Source: Lama guanicoe
Taxonomy: Eukaryota
NCBI GenBank assembly: GCA_013239625.1
Contig: MU054187.1
Span: forward strand, 12,317,325-12,381,324
Length of the DNA: 64,000 bases
Direction of reading: 5' to 3'
The notes beneath the pieces were generated by a model that was not told the DNA's origin, did not search any database, and saw only the letters and a program-made list of their open reading frames with translations. Each line of letters opens with the position of its first letter. The stretch's first letter is position 1. The position numbers and the translations under genes were made by a program. This document shows, in pieces, positions 1-13,329 of the stretch.

Positions 1-249
1 TTTAAAATTTCCCTTACATAAAACTCTTAATGAAACAAGTGGTTTCTAGAATATTTCACCTACTTATTATAGGAAAAACTTTATTAATATCAGTGACTAC
101 ACAGCAATCAAGATTTGCTTATAAAGACAAGGCTGGTGTGGGGGGAACCTCAGTAATATTCAAGACCAGGCACACAACTACTAATCTTTATATACAGATA
201 AGAATATACATTTCATGTAAAACATCTTTTCCATTTTAAAAATAACTTT

Positions 250-960
250 TAATTTGCATTACTGGTATCAGACTAGATACCACCAGAATAAATAAAATTT
301 AAAAGGGGAAAAGATTAATAGGACCAACAATACCACCATATGATGAGGGTGGGGAGCAACCAGAAACCCCATACGTTGCTGATGGGAGTGAAAACCTGTA
401 TGATTACTTGAAAAACTGATTGGCAGTACCTACTACAGCTTGACATATATATTCCCAAGACCCAGGATTTCAATCTTGGGTATATACCCAAGAGGAGTGA
501 ACATAAAACATGTATAAAACTAAAAACATGCAAAAGAATGCCTCATAGCAGCTTTATTCTTAATAATCAAAAATGGAAATGACCCAGATGTCCATCAACA
601 AGATGAATACAACACTTTAATATAATCACACAATGAAACACTATACAGTCATGAAAAAGAAGAAATAAACACTATGCCACAACATGGATGAACCTCACAG
701 ATGTAATGCTGAGGAAGAAAAATCTGACACCAGAGAATACACTCTATATGATTCAACTTTTACAAATTTCAAGAACTGGTATAACTAGTAAAAGGGGACT
801 CGATCTGTGGGGATGGAGATCAGAACAGTGGTCATTGTAGGGCGAATACTGTTGAGAGAAGGCACACAAGAGCCTCCTGGGGTGCTGGAAATATTTACTG
901 AATTGACCTGGGTAGTATTCACAAAGGTGTATACATATTCACACATATATAAAAACTCAC
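250..960 (+). mobile_element. Old L1 (L1ME/MC-like) 3' fragment
   Basis: L1 ORF2 C-terminal and 3' UTR motifs (cagcttta ttcttaataat...cagatgtccatcaaca, acatggatgaacctcacagatgtaatgctgag). Confidence 0.75.
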
Positions 961-3559
961 TTGAGTCATATTCCATCTTACCACTTTCTGGCTTCCTGAC
1001 CTTTATAAGTTATTTAATTCCTCTAAACCTAACTTTTCCTCTATAGGATGGGGATAATACCTTTGACACAGGGTGGATATTAAGATTAAAAACATTCAAA
1101 AAATGGTAGTAACTATTATCATCTCCTGTTTTTTTATTTGCATCAACAGAGGAATATGGTGAAAGGATTTATGAATGCCAATAGCAAAAAGAAAGAACCT
1201 ACAGTCATGGAAAAAAATCAGACACAAGTTTTTAAACTTTGGACAAGTCTGAAGCCACACAGTATAGAACCAAAAAGCTGAACACAGCTTAACAAAAATT
1301 CATATGCAGTCACAAGAAAAGGATAAATTATGTTTATGTAATCTTAGAAGGTGTGAAGGCATATAATAACTTACGAAAAGTTACCAGTTGATGTGGTTAA
1401 ATAAAATAAAAGCAATTCTAACACCTAAGGGTTGGTTATCTTCAGTTACCTGGAAAAGGCAGTTATGCAAAGTGAACAGATAAGAAATTAATCATTTCTT
1501 ATTAATTTCAAGTAATGTCCTCTCCTAAATAAAAACTGTCAGTTTGATTTAAAGCCTCTCATACTCCCTTTTACTTAAGAACAGTCAACAGAGAAGATGT
1601 TCTAACACTAAGGAGGGGTTTATTTAATCCCAAATTGCTCATAATAGCATAGCTTTTAATTATAAAATGCAAATGCCATGTTTAAATTACAACTATAGCA
1701 AAGGTGTTACAGTTTTAACATATTATTTTCTGGATTTTTTTCTTATAATAATGGTCAAAAGTAAAATTATTATTTCTTATAAATTGTCTCTGCACAGAGA
1801 GCTTTCTCACTAAAACAAAACAAAACAGAATCTAACTTTTACCAACCACTGCAATGCCAGAGCGCTAAGGTAAAAAGCTTACCTAACACAATACAGTTCA
1901 GCACATAAGTAATTGCAAAAGATCATTCAATCTTCAAACTTTTACTACAGCTTTTACAAATTCTATTTGAATTCAAATTTGAATTTGAATTTGAATTCTA
2001 ATTCAAAATTCTAGTTTGCTCATAAAAAGCTACTAAAAATGTAAAACTAATTTGAAAAACTACTACAACTGTATAAATTAAATACAGAGACGTTTTCCTT
2101 TTTACAGTTCTCTTCAGCTCACCAAGAAAATTTATGCCTAAAAGTAACTGAGATAATCCTTCTTTAAGCTAATATGTCCAAAATTATTGCTATGTATTAA
2201 TTTGTGTCAACTTTTCAAAAGCGTAACACTTTGATGTTATTTTTATATCTACATTTTTTTCTGGCACTGAACTGCTATTACTGGAGCAACCAAAGCAAAA
2301 CTCAGGATTTATCCAAGTTCATTTTAAGCTAGGCTTTAATTTTCATTTAAGCTTTATCGTTCAATGCCTACATTTAAATTTTCTAAAACAAACCTCATAT
2401 TCCATAAGGCAGCAGTCAAATATATTGTTAGCAAAATCATTAAGATGTCATAGTCCCAGGAAAGGCAGTATGGAAGAATGCATTTTCAAAAAAAAATGAA
2501 TTTTCACACACAGAAACAAGTTATAGTTGTAAACAATAAACCTTAAGTTACATCATGACACGAATAGAGATGCTAAAAAGATAGGACTGCAAAGTCCCTT
2601 TAAGGCCAACAGGATTTGCTTTTATATTCATGTTACGTGAATTCTTTCATTAAGGTTTCAAAAAACAACATTTATGAAAAGCAGTTACTATGTGATGATG
2701 GAAGCCATTTTAAGACTTAGAAATCAACTTTTGCTAAAAGCACAAATATATAGTAAACAGTAACTGGAATTCAAAGGGGCTGGGGATGAGTCCAACACAA
2801 CTACTTGTAGCTGAAACTGGACCAAAAAAATCTCCAAAATTTTTTAGATCTCTAGGAATTAAAAAAAACATTAAAAGCTAGTCACATGTTTTCAATTAAA
2901 AGAACACAACTATACTTGCACCTGAGCAGATTATCGGTGCTAGGTTTAAGTCTACTGCCTACTAAAAATTTAAATGGCTAGATTTGTAAGCAGGTTGAAA
3001 ACTAACACTCAATAATTAAAAAGAAAACCACCTACACTTGAATACATTCCACAGTCCCACAATCCACAACATGATTGCGTCTATTTCAAGAATGCTAGTC
3101 CCAACTAATTCCTAATTCTAAATGTAAAAAATGAGTCTTCCTCTGTGGAAGTTGATAGAAAATTCTACCAAAATCCCCTTTGATTGCTTTAGTCATAAGT
3201 TTTGTTGTTGTTTACTAGTTTTGCGGGAAGGGTGACGGGTACTTTAAAAAAAAAAGTGTAATATGATTACGGTATATGACATAAGATATACTGGTATTTA
3301 AATAGATTTTAACAGCAAATTTAATGCTTCAAACTAATTTTTTTTTCTGTTTTAAATAACTCACAGGTGACCAATGCTTGCTTATTACTATAGTCTATTT
3401 AATCTTTAAAGATCAAACTCCAGGAGTCCATAGTTCAGAGAAACACATGCTTTACAAAACCTGGGATGTGGCTGCTTAACACAGAGAAAAGTAATAAGCA
3501 CTAAAATCATCACACACCGGCAATGGGAAATGAATATTCTTTTTCATAGAGTACAGTGC

Positions 3560-3740
3560 CTTTATTTCAGTCCTTACCTCAAGTCATCAAAACAGTCCTG
3601 AAAGGTAAATATTATTACCTTCGTTTCACAAAGCAATGGAGGAAACTGAGTTTCAATAACTTGCTTGAGGTCTCACTGCTAGTGGCAGAGCAAAGATTCA
3701 AACCTAAGATTTCACATTCCAAAGGCCATCTTCCTTTCAC
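3560..3740 (-). mobile_element. MIR SINE fragment
   Basis: Reverse MIR core: gaggaaactgag...cttgcttgaggtctcactgctagtggcagagc...gattcaaacc. Confidence 0.7.
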
Positions 3741-5939
3741 TGTCCCTTTACCCACTGCAGCCGATGGCTGTAGCATTCATCAAGGAGCTGGCAGGACCAG
3801 TCTTCTCCAGCTGCTTGCAAGGCATGTTGAAAGACTGGGCTTTTTTTATTCGCTAATGTGAATGAATTAAAAGACTCAAAAGCAAATTGAACAAAGTCAA
3901 GAATAATGAGGCGTGCACTAGGATGTCGATGTGTATCCCAGGGCGCTGGTGCTGTAAAATCCCCGTGGCTGAATCCGACCCAGATTGTCCTCAGCTCTGT
4001 GCTGTTGCTGGAGCAGAAGGGTCTCCTGGACCCTTGGGGGATAGGTGTGAAGCAGTAAACTCTGCTTTGTCCTCGGCGCTGGCCTGAGAGCAGCCGTTTC
4101 CCTTATGACCTGTATAGCTAGGTTCTTTCACACACTGCCAGGCCATGTGAATGTCCACCTGCAGCAAAAAGTTTACATGAGATTTGAAAATATCATAGCC
4201 CGTTTCTGAAGGGCCTGCAGTTTACCAGTGTGCCATGGCATGGAGGTGGGAGATCCGCTGGCCTGGGCCCTTCTGTGGATGCAGCCAACCAAACAGGAAC
4301 GCTGATGGGGAGCACTCTCTGCCCTCGTCATTTTGGCGATCCTGAAGGCCACCAGGCCCCCTTGCTCAAGCCAAGGTCCTTCAGCCAGGCCGTTTCACAA
4401 CAACGCTCTTGCCTGACCAATACAGCACGCCTATTTTCTAAGAGTGGGTACTACTGGTCAGTTACCCTGTCGTGCAATAAATGCTCTGTACATAAACATG
4501 CTTATTAATTGTGAATTTCACTACTTCCTTCTTTTCACCATTTCCTCTATTTCATGTCAGTCCTCTCTCTGTTTCTGCTGTAACTAGCCCCATCCAGCTC
4601 CTCATGATCCCACCATGCAGTAACCTCTTCACGAACCAGTCTTTAAAATCCCTTCTATACACTGCTGCCTAACTGACCTTTAAAATCGGTTTTTCACTTC
4701 AGTTTCTTGCAATGGCTCTACATAGTGAACCGAATCAATTTTTAACACCTTTGCCTAAATTTTAATGCCCAGTTTGTATTCTCCCTATTTATTTATCCAA
4801 CCTAATTTCCTACTTCAGACGGACACCAAAGAACCAAATCTGCCTCTACAATTAAACAACCACAAATCAGACCAAGTAAGTCCTCCTGCTTCCTAACCCT
4901 ACGTCTGTCTGCTTGCAAGACCTTTGAGGGTGTCGAAACATCTCAGACCCACATCAGAAACTTCCAACAGTTCCCCTGCTGCTTATGTAAATTCAAACTC
5001 TTTCAATAAGACCTTGGGAATTCTTCATGATCTGGCCTCAAAATATCTTTCCTGTCTTCTAACTACAACCAGCGGGCATCCTGTTCTGCAGTGTCACAGC
5101 GCTCTTATGCTCATTCGGCAGCGGTCACCCTGCTCCCCCCCCCATGTCTGTCTGCGTCACGGTGCTCAAGTTGGATTCATAGCCCCGTTATCTCTACCTA
5201 TTAACACCCTCCCCATCTCTCAAGGTTCTGCTCCTACTTCACGATCCTTCCTTGATATCATTTCTGAGCTAATATTAGATCACCCTAGGTGGTTTTTCCA
5301 CAAAACTTTTTTTATATTGCATATCTGACTCTGTCTTGTATTTCGGTTATATTGGCCCACACATCCTATCTTCTCTTTTAGAGCATGAAACTCTTAAGGG
5401 CAGGGGGCTCTGGCCTGATCTTGACATCAATCCTACTAACTCATAGCACAGGACCTTTCTTAAAATACCTGTTATAATGAATACCAATAAATGGGATGTA
5501 TTTGGATCCCTGGCAGAAACCATCAATACTCTACCTGGTAGATGTGGTGAGAAATAAAATATAAGCAAAATGACGAAAAAAAATAAAAAGTTAAAACTTT
5601 TAAAAACAGAGGCTGCTAACAGCACTACATATATCTCTCCCTAAGTAAACCATGGTCATTTTCCCAGCCACGCTGAACGTGGTCCAGCCACTCCTGTCTC
5701 CAAGAGCCCTACACACACACTGCCCCCCCACCCGATACTCGCTTTCTCCAACATTCACACTAAGCTATTTTCCTGTGAGACATACACACTCGCACCATAA
5801 CGTTCCCTAGAAAGAAAGCAGGGCTGAGCCCGGTGCTCTCGCTGGCAGAGCCAGCGGCTACCCGTCAGTGCCTGTCAAGGAAAACACGACACTAAAACAG
5901 CTGAACAGCCTTTCCACTAAATCTGAAAGGCTTGTTGTT

Positions 5940-6165
5940 GTTTTAATTGTGGTAAAATACACATAAGATAAATTTACCATCTCATCCATTTTTACCCACA
6001 CAGTTCAACGGCTGTAAGTGCATTCATGCTGCTGTACAACCAGCCTCTAGAACTCTCTTCTCCTTGCAAAACTGAAACCCTAGTCATCAAACAGTAACTC
6101 CCCACTTCCTTTCCTCACTGCCCCCTGCCCCCGACAATTACCACTCTGTCTCTATGAATTTAATG
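5940..6165 (-). mobile_element. L1MB-like 3' end
   Basis: ttttaattgtggtaaaatacacataa...aaatttaccatc...cttgcaaaactgaaac...tctgtctctatgaattt, the typical reverse L1M 3' UTR. Confidence 0.75.
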
Positions 6166-9100
6166 ACAGTAACTTCCAAGGTACAATTGATAAAAGGTCC
6201 TAGGTTTCTTCTCTCTCAAACAAAATTACAGATTTTGGGGGGAATGATGCTAGGATTTGAAGTTTTTTTTTTAATTTGTGCTTATCTTTAGTACAGAACT
6301 CAATAATATACCTGAAATGTCATATGAAACACTGTCACCTACAGAAGAACCAACCTTTTCTAAATGACTTGTCTGTTCTGACAAACTAATGGCAGTCAAA
6401 GTAAGTTCCTTATAGTTTTAAAATTAAAAATATTTGAATTTTTTTTCATTAACCACAATAATGCAGTCATTCTCAGGATGTTAAAAATTAATGTAATAGA
6501 AGCAAAACAACAAAAAACCCTCCAACAGTCCCTTTGGGCTTGTAGAAAAATCAGAGCTTCTATTAGTTAACTTTTGTTAAGTCAGTTTTGCAGATCTAGT
6601 TTTCAGAAAATTCCAAACAATGCTATAAATTATTTCCCTCAAAGTTTAAAACTTGCAAATAGTGCTTTATGCTCTTCCCAATGCTTATACCAATTCAAGT
6701 AAACTTTCTTTCATGTTGAGACATTTTTAGCTGAATACTGCACTATCACTACTTTGCAGGAAACCTAAATAAGTTGGCTTTTCTCTGATTCTACACCTAC
6801 AAGTATAGTTTTTATTTAATCATCCTAACACTAATCTAACATAATTGCTAGATTCTCACATGCTGAATTACTGCCAACCTTATAACATTCTGGAAAACAT
6901 GAGATACTGCAGGTGTGCCAGGACACACACATAGTAATATTAATACATTATTATTTCATTCTATTTGTTGTTTTTTTTAAAGATAGGTTTCTCCCTATCC
7001 CACAACTTAAAACATATTTTTGTCCCTTTGCAGTTACTTGCAGACACACCCCACATAGTTAGAAACATCTTCTGGAATACTGTTCAGCTAAGCAGCAACA
7101 TTCATGTAAGGTAGATTCTAAATATGCTTTTTAACACATACGAAATATAAGTAATGTCACTGGATAAAGTACATGAAGATAGTATTTCAGAAATAGCTGC
7201 CTATGAGCCATTAACCATTAACTTATATTCTATTTCACTACAGGCACTGAGCAGAAAAGGTAAATATTTAATATCCTCTTATGGTCAATAAATCTGAATT
7301 ATTTCAGCAGCCTCTGCAAATACATTAGCAAATGCCTCTGGTTATAATCCCACAGGTTAGTAAGCAATATTCAGAGCACAAAGTGACTAGTAGAATTGTA
7401 GTTTATACTCAATGCCTCAAATCACATTTTCCTTTAAAATTTATGTTTTCATAAATAAATCAGTGTGAAGTCTCTACTTATACCCTTTCTGGTCCTTATC
7501 TTTCTGCCATGCATAACACACTTCTAGAATGTCACCAATAACTTAAATAATGGATGGATCTTTCCATACCATCACTATCCCAAAGATAATCCCAAAACTC
7601 AAGAATCAGTGATGATTTATGCTGGCACATTAATATGGGTGACCGAGCTGAAATGCTGAGGACAAAAGACTCCATCTTCTTTTTCATTAAGAATCTGAAT
7701 CTTACTGAAGCTTTCATTTGAATTTAGGGTTAAGAAAAAGCGAAAGAACACAGTTAATATGAGTTTTACAAGAGAAAATTATCTTTCTAGAAAAATGTCT
7801 TTCAAATCCCCATTTTAGGACTGGCTGTTTGGAACCTGGGACACTCTCTCTTATGAGCAATGCTATAAGTGGTTATCAGGTCCTCAGACTAGCAACAAAA
7901 GCCTTTTTAATCCATATATTCTAGTTTATATTTATAGTTCTGTAAAAGCTAACTGGCATGAATAAAAACATTCCAATAAGAAAATTCAGACTCCCCATTG
8001 GGGGTGTCAGGAAGCCCCTACCCTCCAGCTCGCTGCAGTGGACAGAGCCCAGGACCAGCCTGTCCACCACTGGACAGAAGGGGAGAAGGCTGTGTCTCCC
8101 ACTGAGTGGACAGGGGTCCCCGCAGGGCCAGACGGGAGGCACGCTGGAGATGGAGGAGATGGTGTAGGGAAGATGAAGGGGCAGGAAGTGGCGGGGAAGG
8201 TGAGAGGGTGGCTCAAGACCAGGATGAGGACTGGGCACTTTGAGCTTGAGGGAAGACAGCCATAGCCAAGGATGATGAGTGCAACAGAGCTCACCAGCCT
8301 GGGGCCTCTTCAACTCACCTCACCTCTGCCCAGAACGTCACTCCTCCTCTGGCCGGCTACAGAACAGAACGTAGCCTCTCTATGTCCTCCTTAACAATAA
8401 ACCCTCTGGATCTCTAAGAATTTTTACTGCTAATAACAACAACAAGAGTGGTAAGTGGGCCCTCTTATGCCCTGATCAGTGGTGCATCCTTTCTGGAGGC
8501 AAAGGAGACTCCATTCCAGGAACTGGGAGAAGCTGGGCATGGAGGGAAGATGCTAGCTGCTCTCTGGACCAAGGCAGAGTTAAGTGGGAACGAGGGGAGA
8601 AAAGGTTCCAGCAGCGGGTGACAGATCAGGGGAGCGAACTTCCAAACTGTAGGAAGCTGCACAAAACACATCTAGCTTATGTAAATCAGGGCCTGCTCAT
8701 TAGCAAAACTTCAACTATTCAAAAGACAAAACGGAGTTCTAAATAGTATTATAAAAAATAAACACTTAACTGTCTCAAAAAGACAGTTTATTTCATGTAA
8801 AATGTGTCTCAAGTGTAGTTAATGTTAACATATTCCTTTCTAACTGCTGATGCCAAAGCTGCAGTTTTCTAGTAAATTACAGCGGCCGAGATAATCGAGC
8901 AATTTGCCGTCCAAGTTCTTCAGTCACACCTGGAAACAGTTAAGCCTGTCATGCCCTGTATGTTAATAGTTAGGAAGCAGAGCCTGTAGATTAACCACAT
9001 CTGAAAAGTTAAATTATCATTTCATACAACTCCAAAGGATCACAAATAATGCAATCTGGTTACTCCCCAGGGGTAAAAAGGCAATGTGTGACATATGGAG

Positions 9101-11454
9101 ATCTGGGGATAAATAATTACTCCAAATCACAGACAGTTTTTCCAAAGAATTTGTAAATGTGCCATGCATGGTTTACAAATTTTTTCTCTGCTCAGAAGTT
9201 GTCTTCAAATTTAGGAATGGGATTTTTCGGCCGGATAAAATTTCAAAGCATTTTGTAAGAAGTATACTTGGATTAACAGCACATGCACCCAACTAGTACC
9301 CTAATGGGTACTTTTTTCTCTCTACAAGGGCAGACAGGGGGCTACAAAAACCAGTCAGCACAAAAACAATGAACAGTAGCAGTTTGATAGCAACCAAAAC
9401 CTTGACTTACAGAAATACACATAGTGCTTGGACCCATTCTAAGTATCCTGTAAAATCCTATTAAAATGATGAATCACTCATAATTTAGATTTGTTTTAAA
9501 CTAATCTGAACTCCTAAACTCCTAAATGCAGCACAAGCATTAAATCCCTCTCACAAAGGATCTAAGATAAATGTCAACTTACTTTGCATAGTATTTGCTG
9601 CTACTACTCTCCAAATCACACATTATTTTTTATTATTAATATTTACCAGGACTCAAAAGAGATCTCCAACACCCTCAAAAATTTTTAAGTGAGGCCAAAA
9701 ACTCCAGGTGATTTGCCTAAGGTCAAACACTGCCAAAGGATGGAGAAAAAGTAACTTCCAGTTCACACAGCCAGCGAGCAGCAGCAGAGCCCCTGGGATG
9801 AACAGGGAGTGAGAAGCAGGGCTCCACGTCCAACAATCCTCTCCCCACACCAACTGCAGCTCCCACCCCATCCCCACTGCTCTCATCCAAATACACAGAA
9901 CTGCAGTGCTTGCTGCCTTTTCATGAAATGACACTTCCTTCTAAGAGAGTTACCTTTACTACGGGGAATGAGAATCCGTGCTGCTGTCTATACACGAAAT
10001 TATCAACTTATCTGTGCTCATACACAGAACATATTTGGTTTGTTGTGACATTTTGAGATGTACAGAAATATACTGATGGAATCCTAACTGTAATCATTTA
10101 ATAATAAAATGTTTAGTCAGGAGTAGAACATTTTACGTGTATCTCCTTCTCCAGAGCTGCCAAGATCCTGCTTTCCTGGCCCTCGCTCTGGCCACACCAC
10201 TGCACCTGCCATTCTGACCTGTTCAATGACTTTTTAATAACTGTTTACAGCCACTGGGCGTAAATATCAAAGTGCTTGCTAAACATTAATTACTTCTCCT
10301 TCTCCTAGTATCTCTATTTACAGAGATAAGCAAACCGAGACTCAGATCAGGCCTGTGTCTGCACAGAGGGCAGCAGTTTTACATTGCTACAGCTTGAAAT
10401 TCTGACTATTGTTGAAATGATTATCAATCTGAACATAAGCTGCCTGCTTTTTTTCCTTTAAAAAGATTAACTCCATCATAAGAAATTATGTTCTTTTGCA
10501 AAATAAGGAACTTTGTTTACTATATGTCTACATCCAAAAGCCTCACTGGACTAGAAGCACCAAGCAGGCAGCTCCTGGGTCTGCATTATTCACCACAGCC
10601 CTGCTGGTTGCTCACCCAGTGCCTAGATCATACTGAGAACTCAGAACAGATCTTTGGATGGCAGAGGGAGGCAGGAGTGGGCACTACAGGAAAAGACGAG
10701 GCTGGCGAGTCCACCTCTGTACTCAAGATGATAGAATGAACATAAACTGAATTTTTAAAAATGGCAGCAAATTAATGCTAAATCTAATTTTCCTATGTAC
10801 GTCTGTTCACTGTATTCCCAAATCTTTTATCATGATGGAATTTCATAAGCTTAATTTGCTGACAGGCTAATGGACAGGTTAACTATGATTTTTCAGCTAC
10901 AAAAAGATGATTTTCATCTTTCCCAATACCTCTCATGTAAAATATACTGGCAGATTCACATTAAATTGTACTAAATGGTTTTCTTTAGTATGAATAAAAT
11001 TTAATTTCTTCTTTTTAAACATCTTGATTCTATAGATTAAGAAATAATACAAAGTGTGATATACTGCCTACATCCATAATAAATTCACATACAGTAACTT
11101 TTATCTTAAAATTTAAAATACCATCATTTCAACCACTCACGAATGATACTTTACTCATCTTTTACTTAAAAGAAATAAGCGAATATCTAGCCTTGTTACT
11201 AGATGAGAAACCAATCAAGGTCACTATGGCGGTGCCTCTGGACTCACTTCCCGCAGGGCTTCATCCCGCTACAGAGCCCGCACCTGTGAGGAAGCACCAG
11301 TCACAGAGGAGCGCGACTCAGACACTCGCAGCTCTATCTCTAGAAAGGCTACCTTAACGGCACTTCTGTATTGTTAATTCACACTGGAGGAGTTAAACAT
11401 CTTAGGAAGACAGTGTAAGAGGTTTCACTGAAGGAAACTATAAACAACTGTAAT

Positions 11455-12590
11455 CATTTAATCATTTTCAATCGGTATTTGCTGAGTGTGCTAACACCTG
11501 CGTCAATGAAAAAGAAAAAGCAGAGTCAGAAGTGGTTCTTACCCACTAGGAGCTTAAAATCTAGTAGGAGATATTATGCAAGGACCCACATGGCCACAAT
11601 ACAAAGCAAGAGAAGTGCCCTGGAAACAACAAAGAGAAGCCTTCTGCAGGGCACCACAGCTAGTGGGGAACGTGCCAGATCGCCCTTGACACACTTCCCT
11701 TCTATAAGCGGAGATGAGGGAGAGGGTGCTCACTGGAGAGCAAACAGCTAAATAAAAACTCAGGAATGCAGAACAGAGGTGGGACACTCAGGCCCAAATA
11801 CAATATGGGTGAGGCAGGAAGGGAGACAAACCAGGGAAGGAATGTTGCGGCACTACTGCAGGAGGACCCAGAAAGCTAAGGGGCTTGGACCTAGTCGAGA
11901 AGGCGGTGGGCAGAACCAAGGCACCTGAGGCTACAGAGTGGTCTGACCACTGTGCAGGCTGAACCCTGAGTCAGTGTGGAAGATAAACGGGACTCAGCCA
12001 AAAGGACAGGCGGGTGTTACAATCATCCGGGTACCAAGCACTGAGGGTCTGAGTGCAGGTGGTGACGCAAGGAATCATGGGGTTATCACGTTGTATGACA
12101 CCGTGAGGGTAGGCTGCACAGAGCTTGCAAGAAAGAGTCAAAGCAACTGGTGTTTTGAGCCTGGATGAGTAGCAGTGCCAATTAACAGAAACCAGGCAAC
12201 CTGGAGGGAGAACTGGTCTGGGTGGAGGGAAGTCAGGAGTTTCACTCTGGTTGTGCTGCAGGGAAGGTGTAAGCAAGACACCCAGGGAGAAATGCCAAGC
12301 AAGCAGTTACAGCTTAGAAGAAAGGTCAGGCTCAGGTTATAAATTTGGGAGCCATCTAATAAAGGCGATGGCAAAAAGCTTGGATTGGATGAGATCACTC
12401 ATAAAAAGGGCATACTGGCAGAGGAGGGGGAAAAGTTTGAAAATTCCTACCTGCGGGGCATGGAGGGAAAAGGGGAAGAAAAGCTAGCAATGGATCGCAG
12501 TATTGGCCAGAGACATGGAAGAACTGAAGCCAAGCTCAGTTCAGTTCAATAGGAGTTAGTGGGGCGCGTCCCATGTGAGCATTAGACGAG
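11455..12590 (-). mobile_element. L2 LINE relic
   Basis: Reverse L2 3' tail (catttaatcattttcaatcggtatttgctgagtg) followed by purine-rich L2 body motifs (gagcctggatgagtagcagtgccaattaacagaa...gtcaggagtttc...ataaatttgggagccatc). Confidence 0.6.
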
Positions 12591-12644
12591 AGGTAAAATG
12601 ATGAATAAACAGTGAAGTCCCTACTTTAAAAATGTGATGTCAAG

Positions 12645-13015
12645 AAAATCAAGACAAAAAAAAAAATTGCAAAAAGAACTCTGGAGGACATAATTATAGC
12701 TACAGATATAGCAGAGACTTTTAATTATCATAAAAGAAAACAATGAGCAGTTCTGTCAATAGCTGAAAATAGCACAGAATGGATAACATTCTAGAAAAAT
12801 ACGCATTATCAAACTTGCCTCAAGAATAAAAAAATCAAGACAAAAAAAAAATTGCAAAAAGAACTCTGGAGGACATAATTATAGCTACAGATATAGCAGA
12901 GACTTTTAATTATCATAAAAGAAAACAATGAGCAGTTCTGTCAATAGCTGAAAATAGCACAGAATGGATAACATTCTAGAAAAATACGCATTATCAAACT
13001 TGCCTCAAGAATAAA
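12645..13015 (+). repeat. Tandem duplication of ~186 bp (12645-12830, 12831-13015) within a decayed L1 ORF2 fragment
   Basis: The copies are identical except for an A11 versus A10 homopolymer. Reading from 12964 gives MDNILEKYALSNLPQE*IESL, resembling the L1 ORF2 segment MDKFLEKYNLPRLNQEEIENL. Confidence 0.95.
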
Positions 13016-13329
13016 TTGAAAGCCTGTAATAACCATTAAAGATGGATTTTTACCTGATATCCCTTAAGATACAAAATAAGCAAAACCATATGATCATATC
13101 ACTAATGCAAATTAAAAAGAAAATATAAACTACTGGCAACGGGGACTTCCGTGACCTGATAAAGGCCACCCCGAGGCCGGCCATCACTCTGGGTGGTCTC
13201 CAGTCAGGACAATGCCACATCCCAAATTTTAACAGGAAAAATGACTGCATGTGCAGTCAGGTCAGCATTTCATTCAATCCTGAATTCCATCTGATACTAA
13301 GGAAAACCTTCATGTCATTTTTGAAAAGG

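Noticed and set aside
3880..4500. GC-richer segment with short ORFs and AATAAA near 4476
   Set aside because: No splice structure or recognisable protein. It may be an old LTR, but I cannot assign a family by eye.
12645..13015. Direct repeat as a CRISPR-like or functional array
   Set aside because: Two abutting copies with no spacers, in eukaryotic L1-derived DNA; this is a simple tandem duplication.
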